Positions 28,201-37,212 of a stretch of 64,000 bases of DNA are shown here, piece after piece. Positions within the stretch are counted from its first letter, which is position 1, and the number at the start of each line of letters is the position of its first letter. The notes under the pieces are model-generated. The model saw only the letters and a program-made list of their open reading frames with translations, was not told the DNA's origin and ran no database searches. The position numbers and the translations under genes were made by a program. The DNA is taken from positions 2,522,120 to 2,586,119 of the forward strand of contig CBDCQY010000001.1 of assembly GCA_965220855.1 (NCBI GenBank), in the 5' to 3' direction. This DNA comes from Alphaproteobacteria bacterium. GTDB taxonomy: Bacteria > Pseudomonadota > Alphaproteobacteria > Bin95.

Positions 28201-31200
28201 AAGGCGGGAGCGAAACTGTAGCTGAGCGCGCCGTCGCCGCCCTCGGCCGCCGGCAGGGTCAGCGCGGCGATCGCCCGGTTCTCGGCGAAGCTGCGGTCCG
28301 CGATCGCCGCGCCGCCGAAGGAGGGCGCCAGGTCCTCCGCCGTCCCGGTGGCGCTCGCCGCCGGACCTGTGCCGAGGTCGTTGGCGGCGCGCAGCTCGAA
28401 GCTGTAGCTCTCGCCGTTGGCGAGCCCGGAGACGCGATGGCCAGTGGCGTCCGTCGCGAGGTCGGTCCAGGCGTCGGCGTCGGTGAAGGGCAGCGCCGCG
28501 CTCGCCTTCCAGCGCAATTGCAGCGCGCCGATGTCGGAGGTGTTGGGCGGCAAGGCCCAGCTGAGCATGACCGACCCGTTACCGCCGGTCGCCGCCAGGT
28601 CCTCCGGCGCGACCGGGGCCGCATTGGGCTTCGCCGTCACCGAGTCGGACACCTCTGTCCAGCGGAGTTTCAGCGCCCATCTGTGATGGGGCGCCACCGC
28701 GGTGGCGTCCTCCGGGAACCGGATCGGGCGGATGCGGAAGCTGTAGTCCGAACCGTTGTCGAGGCCTGTCACGGTGTGGCCGGTCGTGTCGCGCCCGCTG
28801 CCCTCGATCAGGACCCAGTCCTTGTAATGGGTAAACTTGCTCCCGATTAGCCGCAGATGGTCGGTTTTCGGCATGCTCCGCCCCTTACGGTAGCCGACGA
28901 TATAGCCCTTGATGTCATTATGGGCGGGGTCGGGGGCGCTCCAGGTCAGCGTGACCTCACCATCGCCGGCGGCGGCGGCGAGATTTTTCGGCTTGTCGGG
29001 GAAGGGGAGTTTGTAGGTAATCGAGAAGGTCAGCGACGCCTCGTCGCCATCCTCGTCGGTCACGGTGTAGGTATAGGCGCCGGTACCCCGTCGATAGCCG
29101 GTGAGGCTCACAATCGGTTTCGTTCTGATCTCCCGGCGGGAGGCGTCGAATATCAGGTCGCGATTCCCGACGCCTGCCGGGTGGTCTTTCGGCGCCAGCC
29201 CCGGCGTCAGCGTGTAGGTCAGGTCGCCATCGCCGCCCGACGCCTCCGGGAGCTTTATGAGGACGTCGAACGGCCAGTAGGCGATATGGTCCGGCGCGGT
29301 CGCCGCGCCGAAGGAGGGGGCCGCGCCCCCCGCAACCCGCATGACGAAGGTCAGGCTCGCCGTGTCGCCATCCGCATCGGTCGCCGTCCAGCGATAGCTG
29401 GCGCCGACCGTCCGGTCCGACGGCGCGCCGGCGATCCGGCGCGTCGCCATATCGAGGGTCAGGCCGTCCGGCAGCGCGGGCGTCAGCTCATAGGTCAGCG
29501 GTCCGTTGCCGCCGCCGGCCTCGGGCAGCGTCACCGCCGCAACAGGCTGGCCCTGGCGGAAGGTCCGGTCCGGCGCCTTCGCCGCGCCGAAGGACGGCGC
29601 GACATCCGCCGGCGTCTCGAGGGTGAAGGTGAGCGTCGCCGCATCGCCGTCCGCATCGGTCGCGCTGTAGCTGTACGTCGCCGCAGCCGTCACCGCCGTC
29701 GGCGTCCCGGTCACCTCGCGCGTCGCCGCGTCGAAGGCGAGGCCGTCCGGCAAGGCCGGCGTCAGCGCGTAGGCCAGCGCGCCGTCGCCGCCGGTCGCCG
29801 CCGGGAGGGTCATGGCGGCGACCGGGATGCCCACCGTGAAGCTCCGGTCCGCCACCGTCTGCGCGCCGAAGCCGGGCGCGAGGTCCAGCAGTTCCTCCGA
29901 GACCGTCGAGGCCGGGCCGGCGCCGCTCCCGTTGACCGCCCGGACCTGGAAGCGCCAGACCGCCTTTTCGGTGAGGCCCGCCACCCGGTGGCGGGTGGCG
30001 GACGCGCCGCTGCCGGGAATCGCGCTCCAGGCGTCGTTCGCCCCGAAGCTCGCCGCGCTGGTGTAGCGCAATTCGTAACCGGTGACGGTCGGGTCGGAGG
30101 GACCGCTCCATCCGAGCGCCATCTCTCCGGCCCCGGCCGTCGCCTGGAGGTCGGAGGGGGCGGCCGGCAACCGGACATGCGGCGTCGCGGCGACGCTTGC
30201 CGCCCTGCCCGCGCCCAGCCCGTTCGCCGCGCGCAGCTCGAAGCTGTAAGCGACGCCATTGGTGAGGCCGGTGACGCGATGGCCGGTGGCGTCGCCGGGG
30301 AGATCGGTCCAGCCGTCGCCGGCGGTGAAGGGCAGCGCCGAACTCGCCTTCCAGCGCAATTGCTGCTTCGCGATATCGGGCGTGTTGGTCGGCGGCGCCC
30401 AGCCCAGCACCATCGCGCCATTGTCGGCGCTCGCCGCGAGCCCCGTCGGCGCCTCCGGGATCGCGTTCGGCGTCGCCGTCACCGCATCCGAGGCTCTGCT
30501 CTTGTTGGTGATGCCGTTGCCGCGGTAAACGGCGCGAATCTGAAACGCATATTGCGCGCCATTCTCCAGTCCCGTCACGACATGGCTCGTCGCGCCGCCG
30601 CTGCTGCCGGCAATCCCGGTCCAGCCGCCATCGCCGTCGAAACGCCCGCCCTTCCTGTAGCGGAGCTCGTAATCGCTCATATAGGGATCGTCCGGATCGT
30701 CCCAGCTGAGCGTCACCTGACGATCGCCCGACAGAGCGGCGAGGTTCAGGGGTTTGCCGGGCTGGATATAGCCGAGTCTCAGCTTGAACGTCAACGTGGC
30801 CTGCTGACCGGCCTGGTCCGTCGCCGTCAGGGTGTAGGTCGTGAAGGTCCACGACGTTCCCCTGGCCGAACCCCAACCCCTGATCCGCCGGTCCGAGGAC
30901 GTGAAGGCGAGACCTTTGGGCAGCGCCGGCGTCACCGCATAGCTCACCGCGCCCGAGCCGCCCTTCGCCGCCGGCAGCTCGCGGTTATGCTCCGTCCATT
31001 GGAACAGCAAGCTGTACTCCAGCACGCCGACGTCACCGAATGTCAGCGCATATCGCGCCTCGGGCGTCGCCGACGCCTCGGCCGAGGCCGGGCCGGGACC
31101 GCCGGCATTCACCGCCCGGACCTGGAAGCGCCATTCCATATCGTTGGCGAGGCCCGCCACCGCATGGCCGGTGGTGGAGGCGTTGCTGCCGGAAATCGCG

Positions 31201-31844
31201 CTCCAGGCGTCGCCCGCCCCGAAGCTCGCATTCGAGGTGTAGCGCAACTCATAGCCGGTAATCGTCGGGTCGGAAGGATCGTCCCAGGCCAGCCGCACCT
31301 TGCCGTCGCCCGCCGTCGCCAGCAAGCCCGAGGGCATGGCGGGCGGCGTTCCCTGGGGCGTCGCCGTCGCAACGGCGGACGCCGGCCCGTAATCCCGGTA
31401 GGAATCCCACGACCACCAGTCGGGATAGACATTGTAGGCCCGGCGGATCTGGAAGATATAGGCCGCGCCGTTCTCCAGCCCCGTTACGGTGTGGCTGGTC
31501 GTGCCGGAGCCGCTATTGGCGATATCCCGCCAGACGCCGCCGCTTTCGGGGAAGCTCGCGCCCTTGTGGTAGCGGAGCTGATAGCCGGCGATCCACCAGT
31601 CCTGCCCATTGTCCGGCCCTGGGTTATAGGCGCTCCAGGTCAGGGTGACTTCGCCCGCGCCCGCCGTCGCGGCGAAACCGCCGGGCCTGTCCGGCGTATA
31701 GGCCTCCGCCAGCGGCGCAACGGCCAGCAGGAAGAGCGCCGCCAGCGCGGCCATCCAGCCGGAACGGGGCCTTCGGTTCGCCACCTTCGTGGCGTTATTC
31801 CGGCCCTTTTCGACCACGAACATATGATGTTTAGCGGACATCAT
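25266..31844 (-). CDS. Giant autotransporter-like adhesin with 8 fibronectin type III and 9 putative Ig repeats and a C-terminal beta-barrel
   Basis: Fn3 consensus (L.A.AG.G.V.L.W..Y.LRY..H.V.GL.NG..Y.F.LRA); Ig repeats as in 4744-8703; AWGRGG barrel start; ends FDLRLGF; AEA|Y signal cleavage; ATG 31844 after GGGGAGAGG. Confidence 0.85.
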   Translation of the reverse strand: MMSAKHHMFVVEKGRNNATKVANRRPRSGWMAALAALFLLAVAPLAEAYTPDRPGGFAATAGAGEVTLTWSAYNPGPDNGQDWWIAGYQLRYHKGASFPESGGVWRDIANSGSGTTSHTVTGLENGAAYIFQIRRAYNVYPDWWSWDSYRDYGPASAVATATPQGTPPAMPSGLLATAGDGKVRLAWDDPSDPTITGYELRYTSNASFGAGDAWSAISGSNASTTGHAVAGLANDMEWRFQVRAVNAGGPGPASAEASATPEARYALTFGDVGVLEYSLLFQWTEHNRELPAAKGGSGAVSYAVTPALPKGLAFTSSDRRIRGWGSARGTSWTFTTYTLTATDQAGQQATLTFKLRLGYIQPGKPLNLAALSGDRQVTLSWDDPDDPYMSDYELRYRKGGRFDGDGGWTGIAGSSGGATSHVVTGLENGAQYAFQIRAVYRGNGITNKSRASDAVTATPNAIPEAPTGLAASADNGAMVLGWAPPTNTPDIAKQQLRWKASSALPFTAGDGWTDLPGDATGHRVTGLTNGVAYSFELRAANGLGAGRAASVAATPHVRLPAAPSDLQATAGAGEMALGWSGPSDPTVTGYELRYTSAASFGANDAWSAIPGSGASATRHRVAGLTEKAVWRFQVRAVNGSGAGPASTVSEELLDLAPGFGAQTVADRSFTVGIPVAAMTLPAATGGDGALAYALTPALPDGLAFDAATREVTGTPTAVTAAATYSYSATDADGDAATLTFTLETPADVAPSFGAAKAPDRTFRQGQPVAAVTLPEAGGGNGPLTYELTPALPDGLTLDMATRRIAGAPSDRTVGASYRWTATDADGDTASLTFVMRVAGGAAPSFGAATAPDHIAYWPFDVLIKLPEASGGDGDLTYTLTPGLAPKDHPAGVGNRDLIFDASRREIRTKPIVSLTGYRRGTGAYTYTVTDEDGDEASLTFSITYKLPFPDKPKNLAAAAGDGEVTLTWSAPDPAHNDIKGYIVGYRKGRSMPKTDHLRLIGSKFTHYKDWVLIEGSGRDTTGHTVTGLDNGSDYSFRIRPIRFPEDATAVAPHHRWALKLRWTEVSDSVTAKPNAAPVAPEDLAATGGNGSVMLSWALPPNTSDIGALQLRWKASAALPFTDADAWTDLATDATGHRVSGLANGESYSFELRAANDLGTGPAASATGTAEDLAPSFGGAAIADRSFAENRAIAALTLPAAEGGDGALSYSFAPALPAGLVFDAATREVSGAPAAQQAAATYNYIATDADGDAASLDFVIAVEADSSPDFGTATVADLNMVQGSAIQALVLPAASGGNAPVIHTLAPDLPAGLAFDPATQTVSGTPTTEQAATSYSWTATDADGQTAVLTFAIAVEADLAPSFGSATVADRIFTTGEALTALTLPAATGGNRALAYALTPDLPAGLAFDPATRTVSGTPTAVAAAATYSYSATDADGDAASLTFAIRVAAPGDIPSFGSQTIPEFDWFVASPGGYSWTLPAATGGNGALSYSLTPDLPGGLTFDNATRELAGAVWNAVPPTAYTYTVEDEDGDRASLTFVIKNRVFTYREPQNLAAEAGNGRVTLTWNPPSYTDLDHYQIRFTAGSSLGDDDAWSRIAGSDRHTTSHAVTGLANGTAYRFELRAMTRHGAGGTVGVTATPQDRAPSFGDAAVADRSFTQDAAITAFTLPEATGGDGALSYTLTPAPPAGLALDGVTREVSGTPTAVTTATSYSWTATDADGDTASLSFTIEVVAGAGGSAERDAFGKSLAGLASETLDEAQATIGARLEASPGASSLTMAGRRVEFGAASAPTEFDWRERRTAFDDDRRVSWEELRRDSAFEMAFGEAGMEMTAWGRGGLMRFEAEQAGIDHRSRMETGWLGMDARMGDGLLMGFALSRSAGETEASDGAGFATALSAAWPYAQLKLASGAEVWTMLGAGNGSVDYRPAEGAGETEALEMRLASAGGRQPLADVGALGLALEADAGFVTLETGGSARSVIGGHEVQVWRARASLEAEHEGWGLGGGSLAPFGSLAWRGDGGDWREGSGVEAGFGARLAAPGSRFALEAEGRHLALSSEAGYGGTGASLTAGLEPASDGAGLSWSASLATGVRADGAAMLADDLDYDEAGFGADEDRMALELEARYGFRLPAAHGLLSPLLRLSEEEGVRRKLEAGLAFEAAKGRVDLELTGGREARSGSADDRRLHFDLRLGF

Positions 31845-32140
31845 ACCTCTCCCCTGTCCCGACATTTCGGTTGCCGCCTGGCGCGGATTGCGCCCTCGGG
31901 CGGTCGCAGACGGCGCCCCTGTTTCCCGGACCTTCATGACACGCAACTCCGGCGCAAGCTTCACCGAGCCGGATTGCAGCGTATCGACTCTTTCAGAAGG
32001 CGTGCAACAGAAAAAATCGATAATTTCTCAGGACACGAAAATGTGATTGGAAACAGGCGCATCCACAAGACAGAAGATATTTCTCTCTATCGTCGCAAAG
32101 ACAGGCCGACTTCGGCCCCGGACGGGGCGGTGCGAGGCGG

Positions 32141-33319
32141 CTATTCCGCCGCCTCGTCCGCCGGCTGCTGCGGGGCGTCGGGGGCGAGCGCGAGCGCGCC
32201 TTGCCAGCTGTCGATATAGCCGGTCCACTCGACGCCCTCGGGCAACTCCGCCACATCCAGCGCGTCGCGGGCGTCCAGCATCACGGCATATTCGTCGAGA
32301 TGCGCCTTGCCGCCCGAGAGCATCCGGCCGAGCGCCTTGGGGTGCGGCCCGTGGGCGAAGCCGCAGGGATGCAGGGTCATCATGCCGGCGTCGATGCCGT
32401 CGCGGCTGAAGAAATCGCCCGCATGGTAGAACATCACCTCGTCATAATCGTCATTATTGTGGAAGAACGGCACCTTGAGCGCTTCCGGGTCGCTCTCCGC
32501 CGGGCGCGGCGCGAAGGTGCAGACCACGAACCGGTCGGCCACGAAGGTGGTGTGCGCCGAGGGCGGCAGGTGGTAGCGGTGGCTCATCAGGGGGCGGATC
32601 TCGCTGACATTGAGCTTGGCGACCGAGAGATCGCCGTGCCAGCCGACCGCGTCCAGCGGGTTGAAGGGGAAGGTGACCGCGCTGATGCGCCCGCGCCGCT
32701 TGATGCGCACCTGCCACGTCCCCGGCCCCTGCTGGGCGCGGAACGCCTCGTCGATGCGCGGCAGCGTGAGCGCCGCCGGATCGAACACCGCATGGCGCCC
32801 CACCATGCCCTTCTCCGGCAGCCGGTAGAAGCCGCCGGTCGCCTCGATCAGCAGCGCCGCCACCGGCTCCTCGGCGTCGAGCCGCCACATGGTGCCGCGC
32901 GGGATGACGACATAGTCGCCCTGCTCCACCGGCAGGCGCCCATAGTCGCAGAACAGCTGGCCCCGGCCGCGATGCAGGAACAGCAGGTCGTCGCCATCGC
33001 CATTGCGCGCCAGATGGTCCATCGGCCCCTCGGCGCGCCAGAAGCGGTAATCGACATGGGCGTTGTGCAGCACGCGCTGCGCCGCCCAGGGGCCGGCCCC
33101 GGCCGGCAGCCGGTTCAGGTCGAAGGCGCGCGGGCGCAGCGGCCCCTCCCAGCCGGTCCAGGCGGTGGGCGGGTTGCGGTGATACATGTGCGCGGCCGGG
33201 CCGAAAAAGCCCTCGCGCCCGAGTTCGCGCTCGAAGCGGCCCTCGGGCAGCCGGACATGCGCCCGGCGGTTGGTCTCGCCCTCGCTGTGGGGATAGGAAA
33301 TCCAGTTGCCGCCCGCCAT
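32141..33319 (-). CDS. hmgA: Homogentisate 1,2-dioxygenase family protein
   Basis: GREGFFG; PLDAVGWHGD; PPSAHTTF; PFFHNNDDYDE; HGPHP iron ligands. Confidence 0.85.
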   Translation of the reverse strand: MAGGNWISYPHSEGETNRRAHVRLPEGRFERELGREGFFGPAAHMYHRNPPTAWTGWEGPLRPRAFDLNRLPAGAGPWAAQRVLHNAHVDYRFWRAEGPMDHLARNGDGDDLLFLHRGRGQLFCDYGRLPVEQGDYVVIPRGTMWRLDAEEPVAALLIEATGGFYRLPEKGMVGRHAVFDPAALTLPRIDEAFRAQQGPGTWQVRIKRRGRISAVTFPFNPLDAVGWHGDLSVAKLNVSEIRPLMSHRYHLPPSAHTTFVADRFVVCTFAPRPAESDPEALKVPFFHNNDDYDEVMFYHAGDFFSRDGIDAGMMTLHPCGFAHGPHPKALGRMLSGGKAHLDEYAVMLDARDALDVAELPEGVEWTGYIDSWQGALALAPDAPQQPADEAAE

Positions 33320-33426
33320 GGTCCGCTCCTCCGCCGCGCTTGCCGCCGAACGCCAGCATAGTGCCATGGCGCGGAGGCGGGGAAGGCGATAGCATCGCCG
33401 CCTAACGGACACGGCGAGGGACGGCG

Positions 33427-34596
33427 ATGCATTTCGGGTGGAACGAGCAGCACGACCAGATACGCGAAGCGGTGGGGCGGCTCTGCGCGGGCTTCGATCT
33501 CGACTATTGGCGCGCGCGCGACGCGGCCGGCGAGTTCCCGCACGACTTCCACACGGCCATGGCGGAGGCCGGCTGGCTCGGCGTGGCCATGCCGGAGGAG
33601 TTCGGCGGCGCCGGCCTCGGCATCACCGAGGCGGCCCTGCTGATGCAGACCGTGGCGCAGTCCGGCGCCGGCATGAGCGGGGCTTCGGCCATCCATCTCA
33701 ACATTTTCGGCCCCCACCCGATCGTCAAGCACGGCACGGAGGAGCAGCGCCGGCGGATGCTGCCGGAGCTGGTGGCGGGCGAGAAGAAGGCCTGTTTCGC
33801 GGTCACCGAGCCCGATTCCGGCCTCAACACCTCCGGCCTCAAGACCCGCGCCGAACCGGACGGGCGCGGCGGCTATGTCGTGCACGGCCAGAAGCTGTGG
33901 ACCTCGACGGCGCAGGTGGCCGACAAGATGCTGCTGATCGCGCGCACCACGCCGCGCGAGGAGTGCCAGCGCGCCTTCGACGGGCTGACGCTCTTCTATA
34001 CGGACTTCGACCGGCGCTATGTGGAGGCGACCGAGATTCCCAAGATGGGCCGCTCGGCGGTCGATTCGAACTCGGTCTTCTTCGACGGCCTGCCGGTGCC
34101 GGCCGAGGACCGGATCGGCGAGGAGGGCATGGGCTTCCGCTATCTGCTGGACGGCCTCAACCCCGAGCGCATCCTGGTCGCCGCCGAGGCGATCGGCATC
34201 GGGCGCTGCGCGCTCGGCCGGGCTGCCGACTATGCCCGCGAGCGGGTGGTCTTCAACCGCCCGATCGGGCAGAACCAGTCGGTGCAGCATCCGCTGGCGG
34301 AAAGCTGGGCCAAGCTCGAGGCGGCGGAACTGCTGGTCTATAAGGCGGCCTGGATGTACGACCAAGGCGAGGCCTGTGGCCCGCAGGCCAATGCAGCCAA
34401 ATATCTGGCCGCGGAAGTGGGCCACGAAGCCTGCGAGCGCGCCATCCTCACCCATGGCGGCATGGGCTACGCCAAGGAATATCACGTGGAGCGGTGGCTC
34501 CGCGAAATCTGGATCGCCCGCATCGCGCCCGTCAGCTGGCAGCTGGTACTCTCCTTCATCGCCGAAAAAGCGCTCGACCTGCCGAAGAGCTACTGA
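33427..34596 (+). CDS. Acyl-CoA dehydrogenase
   Basis: FAVTEPDSG; GQKLWTS; LNPERI; HGGMGYAKEYHVER. Confidence 0.95.
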   Translation: MHFGWNEQHDQIREAVGRLCAGFDLDYWRARDAAGEFPHDFHTAMAEAGWLGVAMPEEFGGAGLGITEAALLMQTVAQSGAGMSGASAIHLNIFGPHPIVKHGTEEQRRRMLPELVAGEKKACFAVTEPDSGLNTSGLKTRAEPDGRGGYVVHGQKLWTSTAQVADKMLLIARTTPREECQRAFDGLTLFYTDFDRRYVEATEIPKMGRSAVDSNSVFFDGLPVPAEDRIGEEGMGFRYLLDGLNPERILVAAEAIGIGRCALGRAADYARERVVFNRPIGQNQSVQHPLAESWAKLEAAELLVYKAAWMYDQGEACGPQANAAKYLAAEVGHEACERAILTHGGMGYAKEYHVERWLREIWIARIAPVSWQLVLSFIAEKALDLPKSY

Positions 34597-35258
34597 GCGA
34601 GCGGGCGGACGCGCGCCTTGCGCGCGCCGCTGGCGATTTGGAGAGGCAATGTCAGCGTACCGAAGCGTTCTCGATATATCGTATAATCCCCGGCGTCCAA
34701 TATCTCGATCAGCTTCGACAGGCGGATGCTGCATTGAAGGCGGCGCTGATTTCCCGAATCGATCTTGGGGTTGAGAGTTACCAACCCGATATTCGGCCCC
34801 AGTTCCTTCTTGCGGTCCTTCGCCCATGCTCTGGCGCGATACCCTTCCTCCTCTCCGACTCCGAACGATTTCAGAACATCATGAAACTCCTCGATTTCCA
34901 ACTCGGAAACACCTCCGAGTAACGCAGCGCGATATTCATGTCGAAGGATGATTTCATGAATCGCATCGAAGAGTTTCACGTTTCCCCGCTGCCTATATTT
35001 ACCAACAAGCATTCGATAGGGCGCGACATCGAACGATTGCCAGAACAGCCGCGCATCCGATAGCGCAACTATATTGCTTCTTGTTGATTTAATTGAGGTG
35101 GGAAATCCGAATGCTCGATCATCCTTGGCATCGATATCGAACCTGTCGTTTGACGATCGCCTTCGATCCGCTGCAGCCCAGCTGAATATCCCGTTCGCCG
35201 CCTTAATCATATTTTCAAAACTTTCCCCATGCATCTGATTATCGGAGTATTCAGGCAT
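34590..35258 (-). CDS. Putative restriction endonuclease (PD-(D/E)XK-like)
   Basis: QMHGESFE helix, FDID and SIKS motif arrangement; overlaps the methyltransferase stop; lower GC than flanks. Confidence 0.5.
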   Translation of the reverse strand: MPEYSDNQMHGESFENMIKAANGIFSWAAADRRRSSNDRFDIDAKDDRAFGFPTSIKSTRSNIVALSDARLFWQSFDVAPYRMLVGKYRQRGNVKLFDAIHEIILRHEYRAALLGGVSELEIEEFHDVLKSFGVGEEEGYRARAWAKDRKKELGPNIGLVTLNPKIDSGNQRRLQCSIRLSKLIEILDAGDYTIYRERFGTLTLPLQIASGARKARVRPLAQ

Positions 35259-36120
35259 TGTAAATCTCGCTCAGCTTGAATGCGATCTCAGTTTTGGAGA
35301 GCGATCTCACACCTGCCGTTTGACTGGACAATTCGGGCCAATTTATGACACGCAAAGCATCCATGACACCGCCCAGCACCTCTCGAATAAAATAGTGAGT
35401 AGTTTGCGATAAAGATGAGATATTTTCAGTTATAATTCGACCCGCATAAAATCCAACTCTGCGCATTGCAAAATGCGCTGCGCAGGGTGTCGTATATTCG
35501 ATCAAATGATCGACTGAAGGAGTTGACAGAACAGGGCGAACCACGGACCGTCGTGTCCATATCTGCCAAGCGCACGGAACATCGTGCGGCCGTCCATAGC
35601 GGACAAAAGCATGGCGTGCGACATCGTCATCTTTGGAAAGATGAAAACTCGGATGAAGGCGTCGCTGAACGCTCATTTTGCGAAAGGTGCGCGGGACGAT
35701 AAAAGCAATCTCGTCTGCATGATCGGCAGCGCGATTGAAGAACCAGATTGCCTTGCAGGCATTCTTCCCGAACGGTGGATTTCCAATGACAACAATCGCG
35801 GAATGCTCTCCCGTGAAAATGCTCTCAGACTTCAAGAAATCCATATGGAGAATATTCGGAGCGCGTGGGTCGATATCTATGGCTCGAACCCTTCTGCCGG
35901 CGTCCAGCAAGGGATACAGAAACGCTCCGGCGCCTGCGGACGGCTCGACAAAAAGGACATCGGGATCGCTCCAGCGCTCGGCAATCCTTGTGGCATACAT
36001 CTCGGCCACTTCAGGGCGCGTATAGAACTGGTCCAGATCGGTCGCCCGATCCACGCGGCCGCTCGCAACCTCTCCTGTCGCGCCAGGCCGCGCGCGTTCC
36101 TCCAGCTTACCTTGGGACAT
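35251..36120 (-). CDS. DNA adenine methyltransferase, gamma-class motif order
   Basis: DQFYT (X), EPSAGAG (I), IDIDP (II), IGNPPFG (IV); lower GC; start 36120 or further upstream (ORF to 36180). Confidence 0.85.
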   Translation of the reverse strand: MSQGKLEERARPGATGEVASGRVDRATDLDQFYTRPEVAEMYATRIAERWSDPDVLFVEPSAGAGAFLYPLLDAGRRVRAIDIDPRAPNILHMDFLKSESIFTGEHSAIVVIGNPPFGKNACKAIWFFNRAADHADEIAFIVPRTFRKMSVQRRLHPSFHLSKDDDVARHAFVRYGRPHDVPCAWQIWTRRSVVRPVLSTPSVDHLIEYTTPCAAHFAMRRVGFYAGRIITENISSLSQTTHYFIREVLGGVMDALRVINWPELSSQTAGVRSLSKTEIAFKLSEIYNA

Positions 36121-36200
36121 ATGCCGGTCCACCATCCGTTCATATGACGCAGCGTGGACCAATCCGCATCCGTCCGTCAAGCGGACAATTCCCTATCCCC

Positions 36201-36704
36201 TCACACCACCGCCGGGCTGCGGCGCTCCAGCAGCAGCACGTCTCGCCATTCGCCGGCGAGCGGGCCGTGGCGCATGCGGCCGAGGCGTTCGCGCACGCCG
36301 ACGACGCGGAAGCCGAACTTGCGGTGCAGGCTGACGCTGGCGGCGTTCTCCGGGAAGATGAGGGCCTGTAGCGTCCACAGGCCGGCGGCCTCCGACGACT
36401 CGATCAGCGCGCCCAGCAGGCGCTCGCCGACGCCCCGCCCGCGCGCGGCGTCGGCCAGATAGATCGACACCTCCGCCACCCCGGCATAGAACGGCCGCGT
36501 CGAGACCGGCGAGAGCGCCACCCAGCCGACCACCCCCTCCGCGCTTTCGGCGACGATGCGGCAGCATTCGAGGTGGTCCGCGTCCCACTCCGCCCAGTCC
36601 GGCAGGCTGTCCTGGAAGGTGGCGTGGCCGGTGGCGATGCCGACGCCGTAGATGGCCAGCACGGCCGGGCCGTCCCCGGCCCGCATGGCGCGCAGCTCAG
36701 TCAC
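36201..36704 (-). CDS. GNAT N-acetyltransferase (phosphinothricin/methionine-sulfoximine acetyltransferase-like)
   Basis: GHATF; VAEVSIY; RGRGVG; ENAASVSLHRKFGF; WRDV. Confidence 0.85.
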   Translation of the reverse strand: MTELRAMRAGDGPAVLAIYGVGIATGHATFQDSLPDWAEWDADHLECCRIVAESAEGVVGWVALSPVSTRPFYAGVAEVSIYLADAARGRGVGERLLGALIESSEAAGLWTLQALIFPENAASVSLHRKFGFRVVGVRERLGRMRHGPLAGEWRDVLLLERRSPAVV

Positions 36705-37212
36705 GATAGATGACGAGGCTCTCGACCGGCGCGTCGAGGCGCGCCCGCCCGCCCAGAAAGGCCAGCTCCACCAGGCAGACCGCGCCCGGCACATCCGCGC
36801 CGACCTGGCGCAACAGGCGGATGCCGGCCCCGCAGGTGCCGCCGGTGGCCAGCAGATCGTCCACCACCACCACCCGCTCGCCCGGCTGCACCGCATCGGC
36901 CTGGATTTCGATGGTGTCGGAGCCGTATTCGAGCTCGTAGCGGTGCGAGATCACCCGCCCCGGCAGCTTGCCCGGCTTGCGCAGCATGGTGAAGCCGATG
37001 CCGAGCCGGGCGGCGACCGGGGCCGAGATCAGGAAGCCGCGCGCCTCGATGCCGGCCAGCCGGTCGGCGCCGAAGCCCTCCACCGCCGCGCAGAGCCGGT
37101 CCACCGCATTGCGCCAGGCGGCGCCGTTTCCGATCAGGGTGGAAATGTCGTAGAACAGGATGCCCGGCTTGGGATAATCGGGAACTTCCCGGATGCAGGA
37201 TTTCAGGTCCAT
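36697..37212 (-). CDS. apt: Adenine phosphoribosyltransferase
   Basis: PDYPKPGILFYDI; EARGF; RKPGKLP; VDDLLATGGT. Confidence 0.95.
   Translation of the reverse strand: MDLKSCIREVPDYPKPGILFYDISTLIGNGAAWRNAVDRLCAAVEGFGADRLAGIEARGFLISAPVAARLGIGFTMLRKPGKLPGRVISHRYELEYGSDTIEIQADAVQPGERVVVVDDLLATGGTCGAGIRLLRQVGADVPGAVCLVELAFLGGRARLDAPVESLVIYRD

Noticed and set aside
25266-31844. Diversity-generating retroelement acting on the adhesin
   Set aside because: No reverse transcriptase and no template/variable repeat pair with adenine-specific mismatches seen in this window; variable loops differ by insertions. A distant DGR cannot be excluded
28857-32219. 1120 aa + strand ORF, and similar antisense or alternate-frame ORFs across the window
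   Set aside because: Arg/Gly/Pro-rich and motif-less, opposite well-supported genes; expected from stop-codon scarcity at high GC
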